From NCBI GenBank assembly GCA_937951615.1, contig CALFBH010000004.1:63228-127227 (forward strand): a stretch of DNA of 64,000 bases. The letters run 5' to 3'. A program made the position numbers and the translations under genes. This DNA is from an uncultured Saprospiraceae bacterium (GTDB lineage Bacteria > Bacteroidota > Bacteroidia > Chitinophagales > Saprospiraceae). The notes under the pieces were generated by a model. That model worked only from the letters and a program-made list of their open reading frames with translations, did no database searches and was not told the DNA's origin. Shown here in pieces: positions 30,966 to 40,844 of this stretch (its first letter is position 1; every line of letters starts with the position of its first letter).

Positions 30966-31084
30966 AAAATGTCAAAAAGCATTAGTGGTTCAAAAAATAA
31001 AAATGCAAAAAATCAACTATGGACTATCGACCATCGACTATGGACGTAAACACTTAAACTTATTCTTAAACTTAAACTTAAAAA

Positions 31085-31828
31085 ATGTTCAGATTAGACA
31101 ATCAAATTGCCATCGTAACAGGTGGCGCGAGAGGCATTGGAGAAGGCATTGCCCAGGTATTTTGCAAAGCTGGCGCGACCGTATATATGTGGGATGTGCT
31201 GGATAGCGGTCAACAAGCTGCCGACAAAATCAACGCAGCAGGCGGGAATGCTTTTTTTAGAAAAGTAGATATCACCTCAAAAGAATCCGTAGAAACTGTA
31301 GTTGCAGAAATTATCGACAAGCATGGAAAAATTGATGTTCTCATCAATAATGCAGGCGTCATTCGCGACCGTTCTATTATGAAAATGACGGAAGCAGAAT
31401 GGAACACGGTTATCAATGTCAATATCAATGGGCTTTTTATCACCACAAAAGCTGTGCTCCCGCACATGCGCGAGGCTGGTTATGGTCGCATCGTCTGTGC
31501 TTCTTCTATCAATGCTGTTAATGGTGCATTTGGGCAAACCAATTATAGCGCATCCAAAGCTGCGACCAGCGGTTTTGTCCGTTCATTGGGCAGAGAAGTT
31601 GGCAAATATGGCATCACCGCCAATGCCGTCGCACCAGGCTTCATCAAATCCGAAATGACGGACAGTATGCCGGATGAAATTGTAAAAGCAGGCATCGCCA
31701 TGATTCCCGTCAAGCGTATCGGAACACCAGAAGATATGGGACACGTCTATTTATTCCTCGCTTCTAAGGAGGCTGGTTTTGTCAATGGAATTACTTTGCA
31801 TGCCAATGGTGGTGTATTGCCATTATAA
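31085..31828 (+). CDS. SDR, FabG/PhaB-like 3-oxoacyl reductase
   Basis: TGGARGIG, NNAG, FGQTNYSASK, VAPGFI. Confidence 0.9.
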   Translation: MFRLDNQIAIVTGGARGIGEGIAQVFCKAGATVYMWDVLDSGQQAADKINAAGGNAFFRKVDITSKESVETVVAEIIDKHGKIDVLINNAGVIRDRSIMKMTEAEWNTVINVNINGLFITTKAVLPHMREAGYGRIVCASSINAVNGAFGQTNYSASKAATSGFVRSLGREVGKYGITANAVAPGFIKSEMTDSMPDEIVKAGIAMIPVKRIGTPEDMGHVYLFLASKEAGFVNGITLHANGGVLPL

Positions 31829-31832
31829 GACA

Positions 31833-31952
31833 GTCCATAGTCCGCAGTCGATAGTCGATGGCTGTTTTTTTAGTGTTCATGTCATTTCAGTATTTCATTT
31901 TGCTTTGCAAAATGTCTTATTTTTCCATCGACTATGGACCATCGACCATCGA
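31833..31952. repeat. Heptamer-armed palindromic element, copy 2
   Basis: GTCCATAGTCCGCAGTCGAT arm; core CATTTTGCTTTGCAAAATG at 31896-31914; CCATCGAC arm. Confidence 0.75.
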
Positions 31953-32007
31953 CCCCACCAATATTACTATTCAATAAACTATTGACCACACACTTAAATC
32001 TCACATT

Positions 32008-32502
32008 ATGTCAGAAACAATACAACAAGAAGCTTACGCCACACGCTTTGAAAAATTAGCTGACTTAGAACAGCACATCGGCAAAGAACTGGGCATTTCT
32101 TCCTGGATTGAAATCACACAGGAGAAAATCGATACTTTTGCGAAAGTAACACAAGACGAACAATGGATTCACGTCGATCCTGAAATGTCCGCCAAACATT
32201 CGCCTTACAAAACCACCATTGCGCATGGTTTTATGGTCTTGGCTTTTGCCTCCAAATTTGCTTACGACACCTTCGGTTTTGATGATGTCACCATGGGCTT
32301 AAATTATGGACTCAATAAAGTCCGCTTTATCAATGCGACCACTTGCGGCTCTTTTCTTCGTGGACGAATTTCTTTATTGTCATTCGAAACCATTGAAGGC
32401 GGTGCAAAGTATATTATGAAAGTCGTTTTTGAATTGAAAGGACAAGAGAAGCCAGCTTGTGTAGCAGAGTTTGTAGCTGTAGCCTATACCGGGAAGTCTT
32501 GA
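32008..32502 (+). CDS. MaoC-family (R)-specific enoyl-CoA hydratase
   Basis: FAKVTQDEQWIHVDPE..TIAHGF..NYGLNKVRF. Confidence 0.92.
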   Translation: MSETIQQEAYATRFEKLADLEQHIGKELGISSWIEITQEKIDTFAKVTQDEQWIHVDPEMSAKHSPYKTTIAHGFMVLAFASKFAYDTFGFDDVTMGLNYGLNKVRFINATTCGSFLRGRISLLSFETIEGGAKYIMKVVFELKGQEKPACVAEFVAVAYTGKS

Positions 32503-32510
32503 TTGATTCG

Positions 32511-32633
32511 TCGGTTTCGTAAACTTGCGGGTGGGGGGGTGAATAGGGAGTTTGCTAAACCTTCTATGTTTCCCAATGGCAGGTTTAGCAAACTCGCATC
32601 CCGCAAAGCCTTCGCACAAGTTTACGAAACCGA
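32511..32633. mobile_element. Nested-palindrome MITE-like element
   Basis: Perfect 17-bp outer IR (32511-32527 / 32617-32633) and perfect 15-bp inner IR (32548-32562 / 32581-32595). Confidence 0.6.
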
Positions 32634-32668
32634 TGCAGGTTGATTTCCATTTAAATTTAAACTTATTT

Positions 32669-34180
32669 ATGCCTATTCAAACAGGAGAAGAATATATCCA
32701 CTCTTTGCGAAATCGCAATTTAAAGGTCTATCTATTTGGCGAACTTGTGGAAGAACCCGTCGACCACCCAATGATTCGCCCGTCGATTAATGCGCTGGCA
32801 AAGACTTATGATCTTGCGGTAGCTGCTCCCGAACTCGCATCCGTCATCTCTCCATTTACTGGAAAGCGAGTCAGTCGTTTTTTACATATTTGTACCAGTG
32901 CAGATGAATTGGTTTTGCAAAACAAAATGCAACGAAAACTGGGACAATTGACTGGCACTTGTTTTCAACGCTGCGTGGGCATGGATGCTTTCAATTCATT
33001 ATACTCTGTCACCTATGAAATGGATGAACATCATGGTACAACTTATCACAAACGCATGAAGGCTTTTCTGACGATGATGCATCAGCATAATTATGTCGTT
33101 GGCGGAGCAATGACTGATGTAAAAGGCGACCGTAGCCTTGCCCCACATCAGCAGGCTGACCCTGATATGTTTGTGCATATTGTCAAAAGAAGCAAAAAAG
33201 GCGTTTGGATCAGTGGTGCAAAAGCCCATCAAACGGGTTGTATCAATTCGCACTGGATGATTGTGATGCCTACGATGCGGCTGGGCGAAGCAGATAAGGA
33301 CTTTGCGATAGTCGGTGCTGTTCCTGTGGATGCTGAGGGAATTACTTACATCTATGGTCGGCAATCCTGTGATACGCGCAGTATGGAGGGCGGCAGCATA
33401 GACGTTGGTAATGCACAATATGGCGGACAGGAAGCCATGGTTATTTTTGACCAGGTTTTTATTCCCAATGAATATATTTTCATGGATGGTGAATACGATT
33501 TTGCTGCTATGCTGGTCGAGCGATTTACAGCTTATCACCGCAGAAGTTATGTGTGCAAAACAGGGCTGGGCGATGTATTGATTGGCGCGGCGGCTTCCAT
33601 TGCAGAGATGAATGGCATTCCCAAAGCTTCTCATATCAAAGACAAATTGGTGGAAATGACGCATCAAAACGAAACTATTTATGCCACTGGAATTGCTGCA
33701 TCTCATCAGGGTTATGCGACGAAGTCGGGCAACTATATATGTGATGGTATGCTGGCGAATGTCTGCAAACATCATGTTACCAAAATGCCTTTTGAGTTGG
33801 CGCGACTCGCGCAGGATATTGCTGGCGGACTGGTTTCTACACTGCCTTCGGAGAAGGATTTAAACCATCCTGAAATTGGAAAATTATTGCATAAATACTT
33901 GCGTGGCAAAGCAGATGTAAAAACAGAAGACCGAGTTCGCATACTGCGACTGATTGAAAACTTAACGATGGGTCGTAATGCGGTGGGCTACCTGACCGAG
34001 AGTATGCACGGAGCAGGTTCGCCACAGGCACAACGCATACAGATTGGTCGGCTGATGCAATTGGAATATAAAAAAAGACTGGCAGCTATTCTGGCCGGCA
34101 TTGAAGTGGAGACGGATAAAGATTTATTAGTTGAGGAGTTATCCGGTTATTTTAAAAGAGTCTTTAAAATTTCGACATAA
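32669..34180 (+). CDS. abfD: 4-hydroxybutyryl-CoA dehydratase (AbfD-type; HpaB/AbfD superfamily)
   Basis: TCFQRCVGMD (two Fe-S Cys), YHRRSYVCK (His/Cys ligands), AMTDVKGDRS, ESMHGAGSPQAQR. Start moved to MPIQTGEEY. Confidence 0.82.
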   Translation: MPIQTGEEYIHSLRNRNLKVYLFGELVEEPVDHPMIRPSINALAKTYDLAVAAPELASVISPFTGKRVSRFLHICTSADELVLQNKMQRKLGQLTGTCFQRCVGMDAFNSLYSVTYEMDEHHGTTYHKRMKAFLTMMHQHNYVVGGAMTDVKGDRSLAPHQQADPDMFVHIVKRSKKGVWISGAKAHQTGCINSHWMIVMPTMRLGEADKDFAIVGAVPVDAEGITYIYGRQSCDTRSMEGGSIDVGNAQYGGQEAMVIFDQVFIPNEYIFMDGEYDFAAMLVERFTAYHRRSYVCKTGLGDVLIGAAASIAEMNGIPKASHIKDKLVEMTHQNETIYATGIAASHQGYATKSGNYICDGMLANVCKHHVTKMPFELARLAQDIAGGLVSTLPSEKDLNHPEIGKLLHKYLRGKADVKTEDRVRILRLIENLTMGRNAVGYLTESMHGAGSPQAQRIQIGRLMQLEYKKRLAAILAGIEVETDKDLLVEELSGYFKRVFKIST

Positions 34181-34199
34181 ACGATAAGTAAATATTTGC

Positions 34200-34343
34200 G
34201 TCCATAGTCGATGGTCGATAGTCCATGGCTAATTTAACAATATTCCTAATTTCTACAGGTTTTATGCGCATTTTGCAAAGCAAAATGAAATACTAAAATG
34301 ACCTGATTACTAAAAAGACAGCCATCGACCATCGACTATTGAC
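34200..34343. repeat. Heptamer-armed palindromic element, copy 3 (inverted relative to copy 2)
   Basis: Core CATTTTGCAAAGCAAAATG at 34269-34287; the right half is approximately the reverse complement of 31840-31914. Confidence 0.75.
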
Positions 34344-34457
34344 CATTTTTGACGGGCCAGCGCCACCACAGCATTTTAGTTTTAAAGCATTGTTGTACAA
34401 GGGAAAAGCTTTTTTTATTTTTTTAACTAAAAATTTAGTTAAAAGCCCAACCTTCTT

Positions 34458-34465
34458 TATCTTTG
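34458..34465 (+). promoter_or_regulatory. Bacteroidota -7 promoter element for the ATPase operon
   Basis: TATCTTTG about 45 nt upstream of the ATG at 34510. Confidence 0.5.
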
Positions 34466-34509
34466 CTGCGTTATGTGAAATGTAACACTTTTGTTTATTT
34501 TTGTGTCAA

Positions 34510-35751
34510 ATGAGTGAAAAAATCATCATAGAAAACTTTGGAGGTATTAAAAAAGCCTCCATTCAACTGAACCGGATTAATATTTTTATCGGGCCACAGG
34601 CATCGGGTAAGAGTGTAGTGGCGAAGTTGGTTTATTTTTTTCGGACTTCTATTGGAAACTTAATTGATGGTGGACTAAGTCATGTTACACTAGAAGCGAT
34701 AAGAGAAGGAGAGTCACTTAGGTTTGAAAAATATTTCCCTTCAAATAATTTAGGAAAAAATGACTTTTATTTAAAATATCAAATTAATAAAGAATCCATC
34801 ACAATAATAAAACAACAAGGTAAGGTAAACATTGAATATAGCCCTAAATTTGTAGCCTTACGCAAAGATATAGAGAAACTACTAGACCCAGAAGATGGTG
34901 AGCACAACAAAAAACACCCTGCAAGGCGATACCATGAAATAATATTAAGTGGTATTCCACACCGCTCTGTTAAAGAAAAATTTCCTGCTTCCTCTAGTTA
35001 TAGATCAACACTTATTCCGACAGGAAGATCATTTTTTGCTCAGGTTGAGGCAAGCATTTTTTCTTTGATACAAAATAAAATCCCCATTGATACTTTCTTA
35101 ATCAATTTCGGTGTTACCTACGAAAGCGCAAGAGGTTTTCATAAAGACCACACAATTGATCCTTCTATAACGCAACATATAGACCAGTTAGCATTGTCTA
35201 TACTTAAAGGTGAATATCTCAAAGAAAATAAGAAGGATTATATCGTACATAAAGATGGAAGAAAAGTAGAAGCAAAATATCTTTCGTCAGGACAGCAGGA
35301 AACTCTTCCCTTGATTCTTATACTTCGGCAGGCTGCTTATTCAAATTCTATGGTAGAGCCAGAGTCAATGATGCTAATCGAAGAGCCAGAAGCCAGTATT
35401 TTCCCAGTATCTCAACAAGAAATCGTAAAACTCATCGCTACTGTTTTTAATGTAGCCCAAAACACACAACACTTCCTAATTACCACCCACAGTCCATACA
35501 TTCTAACTGCGTTCAACAACCTCATACAGGCAGGTCTTATGATAGAAGAGGGAATTGATAAGAAGAAAATACACAAAATAGTCCCTGAATTTGAAGTCTT
35601 AAAATCGGGCACAGTTAGTGCTTTTCTGATGAAAAATGGCAGGGTTAAAAATATTATGGACAAGGAGTCAGGATTGATTGCCGCTGATTTAATTGACGAG
35701 GCTTCTGAGAATATTTCCCTTGAATTTGATAAATTGATGGATCTATACTGA
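34510..35751 (+). CDS. Soluble ABC-type ATPase (AAA_15/AAA_21, AbiEii-like)
   Basis: IENFGGI, Walker A GPQASGKS, LSSGQQE, Walker B LIEEPE, ITTHSPY; no TM segments. Confidence 0.88.
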   Translation: MSEKIIIENFGGIKKASIQLNRINIFIGPQASGKSVVAKLVYFFRTSIGNLIDGGLSHVTLEAIREGESLRFEKYFPSNNLGKNDFYLKYQINKESITIIKQQGKVNIEYSPKFVALRKDIEKLLDPEDGEHNKKHPARRYHEIILSGIPHRSVKEKFPASSSYRSTLIPTGRSFFAQVEASIFSLIQNKIPIDTFLINFGVTYESARGFHKDHTIDPSITQHIDQLALSILKGEYLKENKKDYIVHKDGRKVEAKYLSSGQQETLPLILILRQAAYSNSMVEPESMMLIEEPEASIFPVSQQEIVKLIATVFNVAQNTQHFLITTHSPYILTAFNNLIQAGLMIEEGIDKKKIHKIVPEFEVLKSGTVSAFLMKNGRVKNIMDKESGLIAADLIDEASENISLEFDKLMDLY

Positions 35752-35752
35752 T

Positions 35753-36190
35753 ATGAAAACAGAATGTATCACCGAAAGAACGGATTCGCTTATCGTGCTG
35801 AAAGACTCAAAAGGCGGAAGAAGCAAAATGACCTTTATAAACAGCAAGAATGAATTGGTGAAAGAAGTTGAGGTAGATGGTTGTGAAATAACTGAAGGAA
35901 AAAAATGTGATTTTCTCATTTTGCATCCTAAAAAAGTCAAAAAGAAAACCGTGAATGATGAGTATTTTGTAGAATTGAAAGGCAGGAAAGTCAAATATGC
36001 TTGCGAACAACTTGAAGCAAGCATCAGAAAACTAAGTGACAATCCAACACAAAAGCCAAAACACGCTATTGTTATTTGTACTAAAAATCCATTATCATCA
36101 TCACAAGGTCAAAAACTAAAAATTCAATTTAAGAAAACCCTCAATGCAAAATTGATTATTAGCAAACAATATACCCACAAACTATCATAA
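35753..36190 (+). CDS. Small basic protein, putative PD-(D/E)xK nuclease fold
   Basis: KCDFLI...YFVELKG...ACEQL motif; starts 1 nt after the ATPase stop. Confidence 0.65.
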   Translation: MKTECITERTDSLIVLKDSKGGRSKMTFINSKNELVKEVEVDGCEITEGKKCDFLILHPKKVKKKTVNDEYFVELKGRKVKYACEQLEASIRKLSDNPTQKPKHAIVICTKNPLSSSQGQKLKIQFKKTLNAKLIISKQYTHKLS

Positions 36191-36258
36191 AAAACTTTGA
36201 AAGCAATCGTGTAGTTTTAAGCTTAATCTTAAACTTGCACTTAAACTTAATTACAACC

Positions 36259-37734
36259 ATGACCATATACACTATATTTGGAATTTGTGCAGTAGCAGCA
36301 CTGGTATTGACCGTTTTATTCGGTGTAGTTCTGAAAAGAAAACCGCACAACTGGCTGATGCTATTCTTGCAGCAGTTTGTTGGTTCTTTATTGATTTTTT
36401 CCGGCTATGTGAAAGCTATTGACCCGAAGGGAACCGTTTATAAAATGGAGCAATATTTTGCTGAATTTGAAAGTGCTGTTGTGGCACCGATTTCAGGCAT
36501 CTTTCCCTTTCTGGCGGAAATGGGGCTGACTTTTTCTATTGCCACTATTGTACTTGAACTCGTGCTGGGCATTTGTTTGATTTTTGGGATCAAGCGCAAA
36601 TTTACGGTTTGGGCTTTATTGCCGATGCTGATCTTTTTTACTTTGCTTACTGGCTTCACTTATCTGACTTCCTACTCGGTCGAGTCGCTGGCTTTTATGT
36701 CTATCATCACGGCAGTTGTGCTGCTGGGTGGTGGGGCTTTATTTGCAAGAGAACGCAAGACCAAAATCGGCTTAGGGATTGGAGCGATTGCAGCCATTGT
36801 GATTATCAATTTACTGATGAAAGAAGGCTATTCCTGGTGGTTCAATTTTGCTGATTGGGAGTATGATAAGAATAAAATGAAGGTGACAGACTGTGGTTGT
36901 TTTGGTGATTTTTTGAAGCTGGAACCTAAAGTCTCTTTCATCAAAGACCTGATTTTGCTACCTATCTCTATCTGGTTTGTAATGGGTTGGCGCAATTTGA
37001 CGGAAGTCGTAGAAAAACGTTCTATCGCTACTGGACTTTTCTGGGGGGCAATTGTATTATCGACTTTATTCTGTTTGAAAAATAGTATTTGGGGCTTGCC
37101 ACAAAGTGATTTCCGCCCATTTGCCGAAGGCATCAACCTACCAGAAGCTAAACAGATCGCCTTGGATGACACGGACATTATAGATCGTTATCTGACCTAT
37201 AAAAACAGTGAAACTGGTGAAGCCGTCGAAATCAAATCTGATGCACTGATGGACAATCAGCACCTTTGGAAAAAGCCGACGCCCTGGGAAGCTGTCAAAG
37301 AAAAAACTCGTGAGGTTGTCATCAAAAAAGGTAGTGATTCCAAGATTAAAGATTTTGAATTTAGCAATGCAGAAGGTGCGGATGTGTCGCATGAAGTCGG
37401 CGCAGCGGGTTATCAATTCATGGTTATTTCATACAGTATGGAAAAAGCCAATCGCAAGTATTTCAAATCGGTGAACGCCATTGCAGCAGCAGCCGAGAAA
37501 GACGGGCATCGCACTTTTGGCATCACACAAATTGCCGATCCTACTGATGTAGATAAATTCCGACATGACTTGCAGGCAGGCTATCCGTTTTATACCGCAG
37601 ATGATATTTTATTGAAAACTATTATCCGGTCAAATCCTGGTGTTTTGTTGCTTAAAGATGGTACGGTTCTCAAGAAATGGCATGGACGCAACCTGCCAGA
37701 CTACAATACGATTAAGCAAGAATATGGGCTTTAG
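36259..37734 (+). CDS. DoxX/MauE-domain membrane protein (BT_3928-like)
   Basis: FSGYVKAIDPKG, VTDCGCFGDFLKL, DFRPF, LKTIIRSNPG. Confidence 0.88.
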   Translation: MTIYTIFGICAVAALVLTVLFGVVLKRKPHNWLMLFLQQFVGSLLIFSGYVKAIDPKGTVYKMEQYFAEFESAVVAPISGIFPFLAEMGLTFSIATIVLELVLGICLIFGIKRKFTVWALLPMLIFFTLLTGFTYLTSYSVESLAFMSIITAVVLLGGGALFARERKTKIGLGIGAIAAIVIINLLMKEGYSWWFNFADWEYDKNKMKVTDCGCFGDFLKLEPKVSFIKDLILLPISIWFVMGWRNLTEVVEKRSIATGLFWGAIVLSTLFCLKNSIWGLPQSDFRPFAEGINLPEAKQIALDDTDIIDRYLTYKNSETGEAVEIKSDALMDNQHLWKKPTPWEAVKEKTREVVIKKGSDSKIKDFEFSNAEGADVSHEVGAAGYQFMVISYSMEKANRKYFKSVNAIAAAAEKDGHRTFGITQIADPTDVDKFRHDLQAGYPFYTADDILLKTIIRSNPGVLLLKDGTVLKKWHGRNLPDYNTIKQEYGL

Positions 37735-37763
37735 AATTATTTAAAAGATATTAAGGAAACACG

Positions 37764-37791
37764 AAAAGGACAGCAATCGCTGTCCTTTTTT
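37764..37791 (+). terminator. Intrinsic terminator
   Basis: AAAAGGACAGC-aatc-GCTGTCCTTTTTT. Confidence 0.8.
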
Positions 37792-38016
37792 CTTGGGAAT
37801 AGGCACTTTAAGAATGCATTAAAAAGGTAAATGAGAATTAGTGTAAGTGGGTTTCATCGCCAATTAGAATTATGCCTACATGATACAGGCTTTATTTTTT
37901 TTATACTATTTTTTCCTAATCTTTCCTTCGTTTGTATTATATGTTTTTTTGTAGTTTCATTTGCATACAGAACAACATAAAAAGCTGTTATACAACAGAA
38001 AAGACCTTTTTACTAT

Positions 38017-39522
38017 TTATTTTTCACCACTCACCAACACTTTAATTCTCCGTTCCAACCAGAATATATAAATGTCTATTAGTAGAGATTGCTTTGATAA
38101 AAAAGGCTTCAGTTTATTTAACGTTGCCTGACAATGTGCTATTTTTTCTTTATTTGTCATCCTTGTATTCACAACTTTTATGAGGCTTGAATGTATAAAT
38201 TGCTCTATCTCTTCATATATATTTCGCTCTCGACAATAACGGTAGAAGTGGTTCAATAATGATCGAAAAAGCTTTTCATTTCCTCGTTCAAAATGTACTA
38301 GTGCATGTGTCAGCTTCACAACGCCCTGGATAGACTGCATAAAGTCCTTGCCAGGAAAATCATGCATAAAGCGCAGTATCCAATCCTGGCAATGTTCATA
38401 CTGACTTTGCAGAAATGTCCCCTTGATCAAAAAATAATACATATAAGCCTGATCATAAGGCAGACCATCTGAAAATATTTCATCCAGATCGGTTTGCATG
38501 GAGTCAAATTTTTTAAAATCTCGTGACTCTACAGACAATAAGGCCTCCCTGACGATATATTTTTGCCGATGTGTCTGAATCAACCAGTCATTAAAAAAAT
38601 CTGGATAGCGTGTGGGTATTTCCTTGTACTCCTGAAGTACTTTTTTTGCTTTAGCATATTTTCCTCTGTATATCAATGCTGTGATATAGTTTAGATAAAA
38701 ACCAATAAAAGCCTGCATTCTGGAGCTGGAAAATTCCATATTATTTCTCATTTTCTCAATAATCTCTCCCCACTCCTCTGCTGTTTGCATCGACTCTCCT
38801 ACCACGCTTTCCGCAGCGAATTTAGCCTGAACGACCTGTAATCTTGCTTTTAAAGACAATGCTTTATCCTTATCTTTTATCAAAGGATTATTCAGGAGTG
38901 CCTGCATTTCTTCTTTGATTTCTTTTTTGGGATGCCTAGTATAGCGTTGATGAAAATTATACAGATCTGAAGCAATATTTTCTATTTCCTGATAATTGGT
39001 TTCTTTCTGTAAGCAGGACAATGTCTCTTGATACAGTTGATGGCGTTTTTTGATAAAATCTTCTCCCGATGTTTTAGCTTTAAGTATCCATACTTGCAGG
39101 CGATTAAACTCTACTACATCCAGAAATGTTTCTCTTTTTAATGCTTTTGCTCTGGGTTTGATCATCAGTTTTTCAGCATGTTCATTGAGTCCTTTACTGA
39201 ATAATATGAGTGCCATCTTGCGACTGTCCATCTCCTCAAAATGCGGGGTCTTCATATAATAATAATCTGACAGCATTTTCAGCACCAAACTGTATAACAA
39301 ATTTTTATAATAAGAAAACTGGCTAAGAAGCTTCTCATCATTTATCTTTTGTTTGAGCAAATCTTCATTGGGTGTTTTAGCCTGTGCGATATAATCAAAT
39401 AGCTGGATAACTTTTGCCTCATTCTTTTTCTGGTAGCGGGAAGTGTATATTTTAAAATATCGCTTTTCATGTTTATCCAAAGCATGAATAAGTTCGTAGA
39501 GTTTTTGAGATGATTTGCTCAT
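38017..39522 (-). CDS. Uncharacterised ~500-aa all-helical (TPR-like) cytoplasmic protein, paralog 1
   Basis: N-terminal KLYELIHALDKHEKRYFK; LSQFSYYKNLLYSLVLKML; amphipathic helical repeats; ends FWLERRI. Confidence 0.75.
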   Translation of the reverse strand: MSKSSQKLYELIHALDKHEKRYFKIYTSRYQKKNEAKVIQLFDYIAQAKTPNEDLLKQKINDEKLLSQFSYYKNLLYSLVLKMLSDYYYMKTPHFEEMDSRKMALILFSKGLNEHAEKLMIKPRAKALKRETFLDVVEFNRLQVWILKAKTSGEDFIKKRHQLYQETLSCLQKETNYQEIENIASDLYNFHQRYTRHPKKEIKEEMQALLNNPLIKDKDKALSLKARLQVVQAKFAAESVVGESMQTAEEWGEIIEKMRNNMEFSSSRMQAFIGFYLNYITALIYRGKYAKAKKVLQEYKEIPTRYPDFFNDWLIQTHRQKYIVREALLSVESRDFKKFDSMQTDLDEIFSDGLPYDQAYMYYFLIKGTFLQSQYEHCQDWILRFMHDFPGKDFMQSIQGVVKLTHALVHFERGNEKLFRSLLNHFYRYCRERNIYEEIEQFIHSSLIKVVNTRMTNKEKIAHCQATLNKLKPFLSKQSLLIDIYIFWLERRIKVLVSGEK

Positions 39523-39697
39523 AAGCTTGCAGTATGCATGATTTTAGTATAAAGTCTCTCGCAAAGTATTAAAATTATACAACATTGATTAGTTTTTAAA
39601 TATAAAAAAAACAGACTCTTCAGTCTGCCCATCGGAAAATCTTATTATTTAAAATTAAAAACATTTAGGTTTCAAGACTTTTTTTTAATTTAGCAGT

Positions 39698-40057
39698 ATG
39701 GCAGCGCATAACGATTTAGGCATTCGGGGTGAACAATTGGCAAAATCTTTTTTGCTGAAAAAAGGCTATGCTGTTCTGGAAACCAACTGGCGCGTGGGCA
39801 AAGCTGAGATCGATTTGATTGTCAAAAAGGAAAATATTCTTATTTTTGTAGAAGTCAAAACCCGGCGAAACAATACTTTCGGCTATCCGGAAGAGGGCGT
39901 TACCGCCAAAAAGGAGCGTATGATGTTTGAAGCCGCCGGATTTTATATGCGCAAAATTGGCTACGAAGAAGAAATCAGATTTGACATTATCGCTATTACC
40001 ATGAATCCAAATCAGGAAATTAAACATTTCAGAGATGCCTTTTTTCCTGGCTGGTGA
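39698..40057 (+). CDS. yraN: YraN/UPF0102 family protein
   Basis: LGIRGEQLA..NWR..AEIDLI..FVEVKTR..IRFDII. Confidence 0.92.
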   Translation: MAAHNDLGIRGEQLAKSFLLKKGYAVLETNWRVGKAEIDLIVKKENILIFVEVKTRRNNTFGYPEEGVTAKKERMMFEAAGFYMRKIGYEEEIRFDIIAITMNPNQEIKHFRDAFFPGW

Positions 40058-40146
40058 TTTTTTGAATTATGAATGGTTTAATTACGAATTACGAATCCCA
40101 AGAAATAGTTAAACCCATTCGTAATTCATTCATTAATAATTATAAG

Positions 40147-40740
40147 GTGAAATACATTACATTACTTATCGCCACCCTGTTCAGCTTATCTCTTTCTGCA
40201 CAAAGTTTCAAAAAAATAATTTGTGAGCACAGAAAAGAATATAAAGAAGGTTTCAAAGAAGAAGGTTCGCCGCTCAAGCCGAATGAGATTCGGTATTTGA
40301 AATTCTACAAGCCCGACGAAGCTTATCAAGTCCCTGCTGACTTCAAACGTACATTCGGTGAAAAGCCATTTGATATGGTGACTTCTAGCGGTAAAAAGAA
40401 ACGTTATGTAAAATATGGAGAGCTAAGTTTTGAGCTTAAAGGAACAGCTATCACGCTTGCCTTATATCAAAGCCTGAAACTTATGTCCATGCCTCAATAT
40501 AAAGAATACCTGTTTTTGCCTTTCAAGGACTCAACAAATGGGCAGGAAACTTATAGTGCCGGGCGATATATAGACTTGGAAATGTCGGACATTAAAAACG
40601 ATAAAGTGACGCTTGATTTTAACAAGACTTATAATCCTTACTGCGCTTATACGACTGGCTATAATTGCCCGTATCCACCAGCAGAAAATCATTTGACCAT
40701 GCCGATTTATGCAGGAGAAAAGATGTTTGGAAAGAAATAG
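40147..40740 (+). CDS. DUF1684 family exported protein
   Basis: GTG start and signal peptide ..SLSA-Q; LFLPFKDSTNGQETYSAGRY, DFNKTYNPYCAY..CP.PP.EN. Confidence 0.9.
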   Translation: MKYITLLIATLFSLSLSAQSFKKIICEHRKEYKEGFKEEGSPLKPNEIRYLKFYKPDEAYQVPADFKRTFGEKPFDMVTSSGKKKRYVKYGELSFELKGTAITLALYQSLKLMSMPQYKEYLFLPFKDSTNGQETYSAGRYIDLEMSDIKNDKVTLDFNKTYNPYCAYTTGYNCPYPPAENHLTMPIYAGEKMFGKK

Positions 40741-40844
40741 TTAAATTCAAATTCAAACGTCAAATACAAATTCAAAGATAACAAACTTCAATTATAGGTA
40801 TTACCGTAGGCTTTCCATCAAACATGTCTGCTACATGGCTAAAT

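Noticed and set aside
32552..32668. N-terminal extensions of ORF calls (also 14382-14420, 40069-40146, 51419-51487, 53898-53999, 62132-62260)
   Set aside because: They run through repeat or promoter DNA; downstream starts give family-typical N-termini or signal peptides.
32669..34180. AbfD as evidence for an autotrophic 4-hydroxybutyrate cycle
   Set aside because: No carboxylases or other cycle enzymes are in the window; the context is catabolic (transporter, hydrolase, ACAD).
23607..34343. Repeats considered as a CRISPR array
   Set aside because: The units are 7-bp microsatellites in inverted arms, with no constant 23-47-bp repeats, no unique spacers and no cas genes.
37831..37980. 49-aa Phe-rich ORF as a possible peptide partner of helical paralog 1
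   Set aside because: It derives from T-rich low-complexity sequence, has no signal-peptide organisation, and an equally long ORF exists on the other strand.
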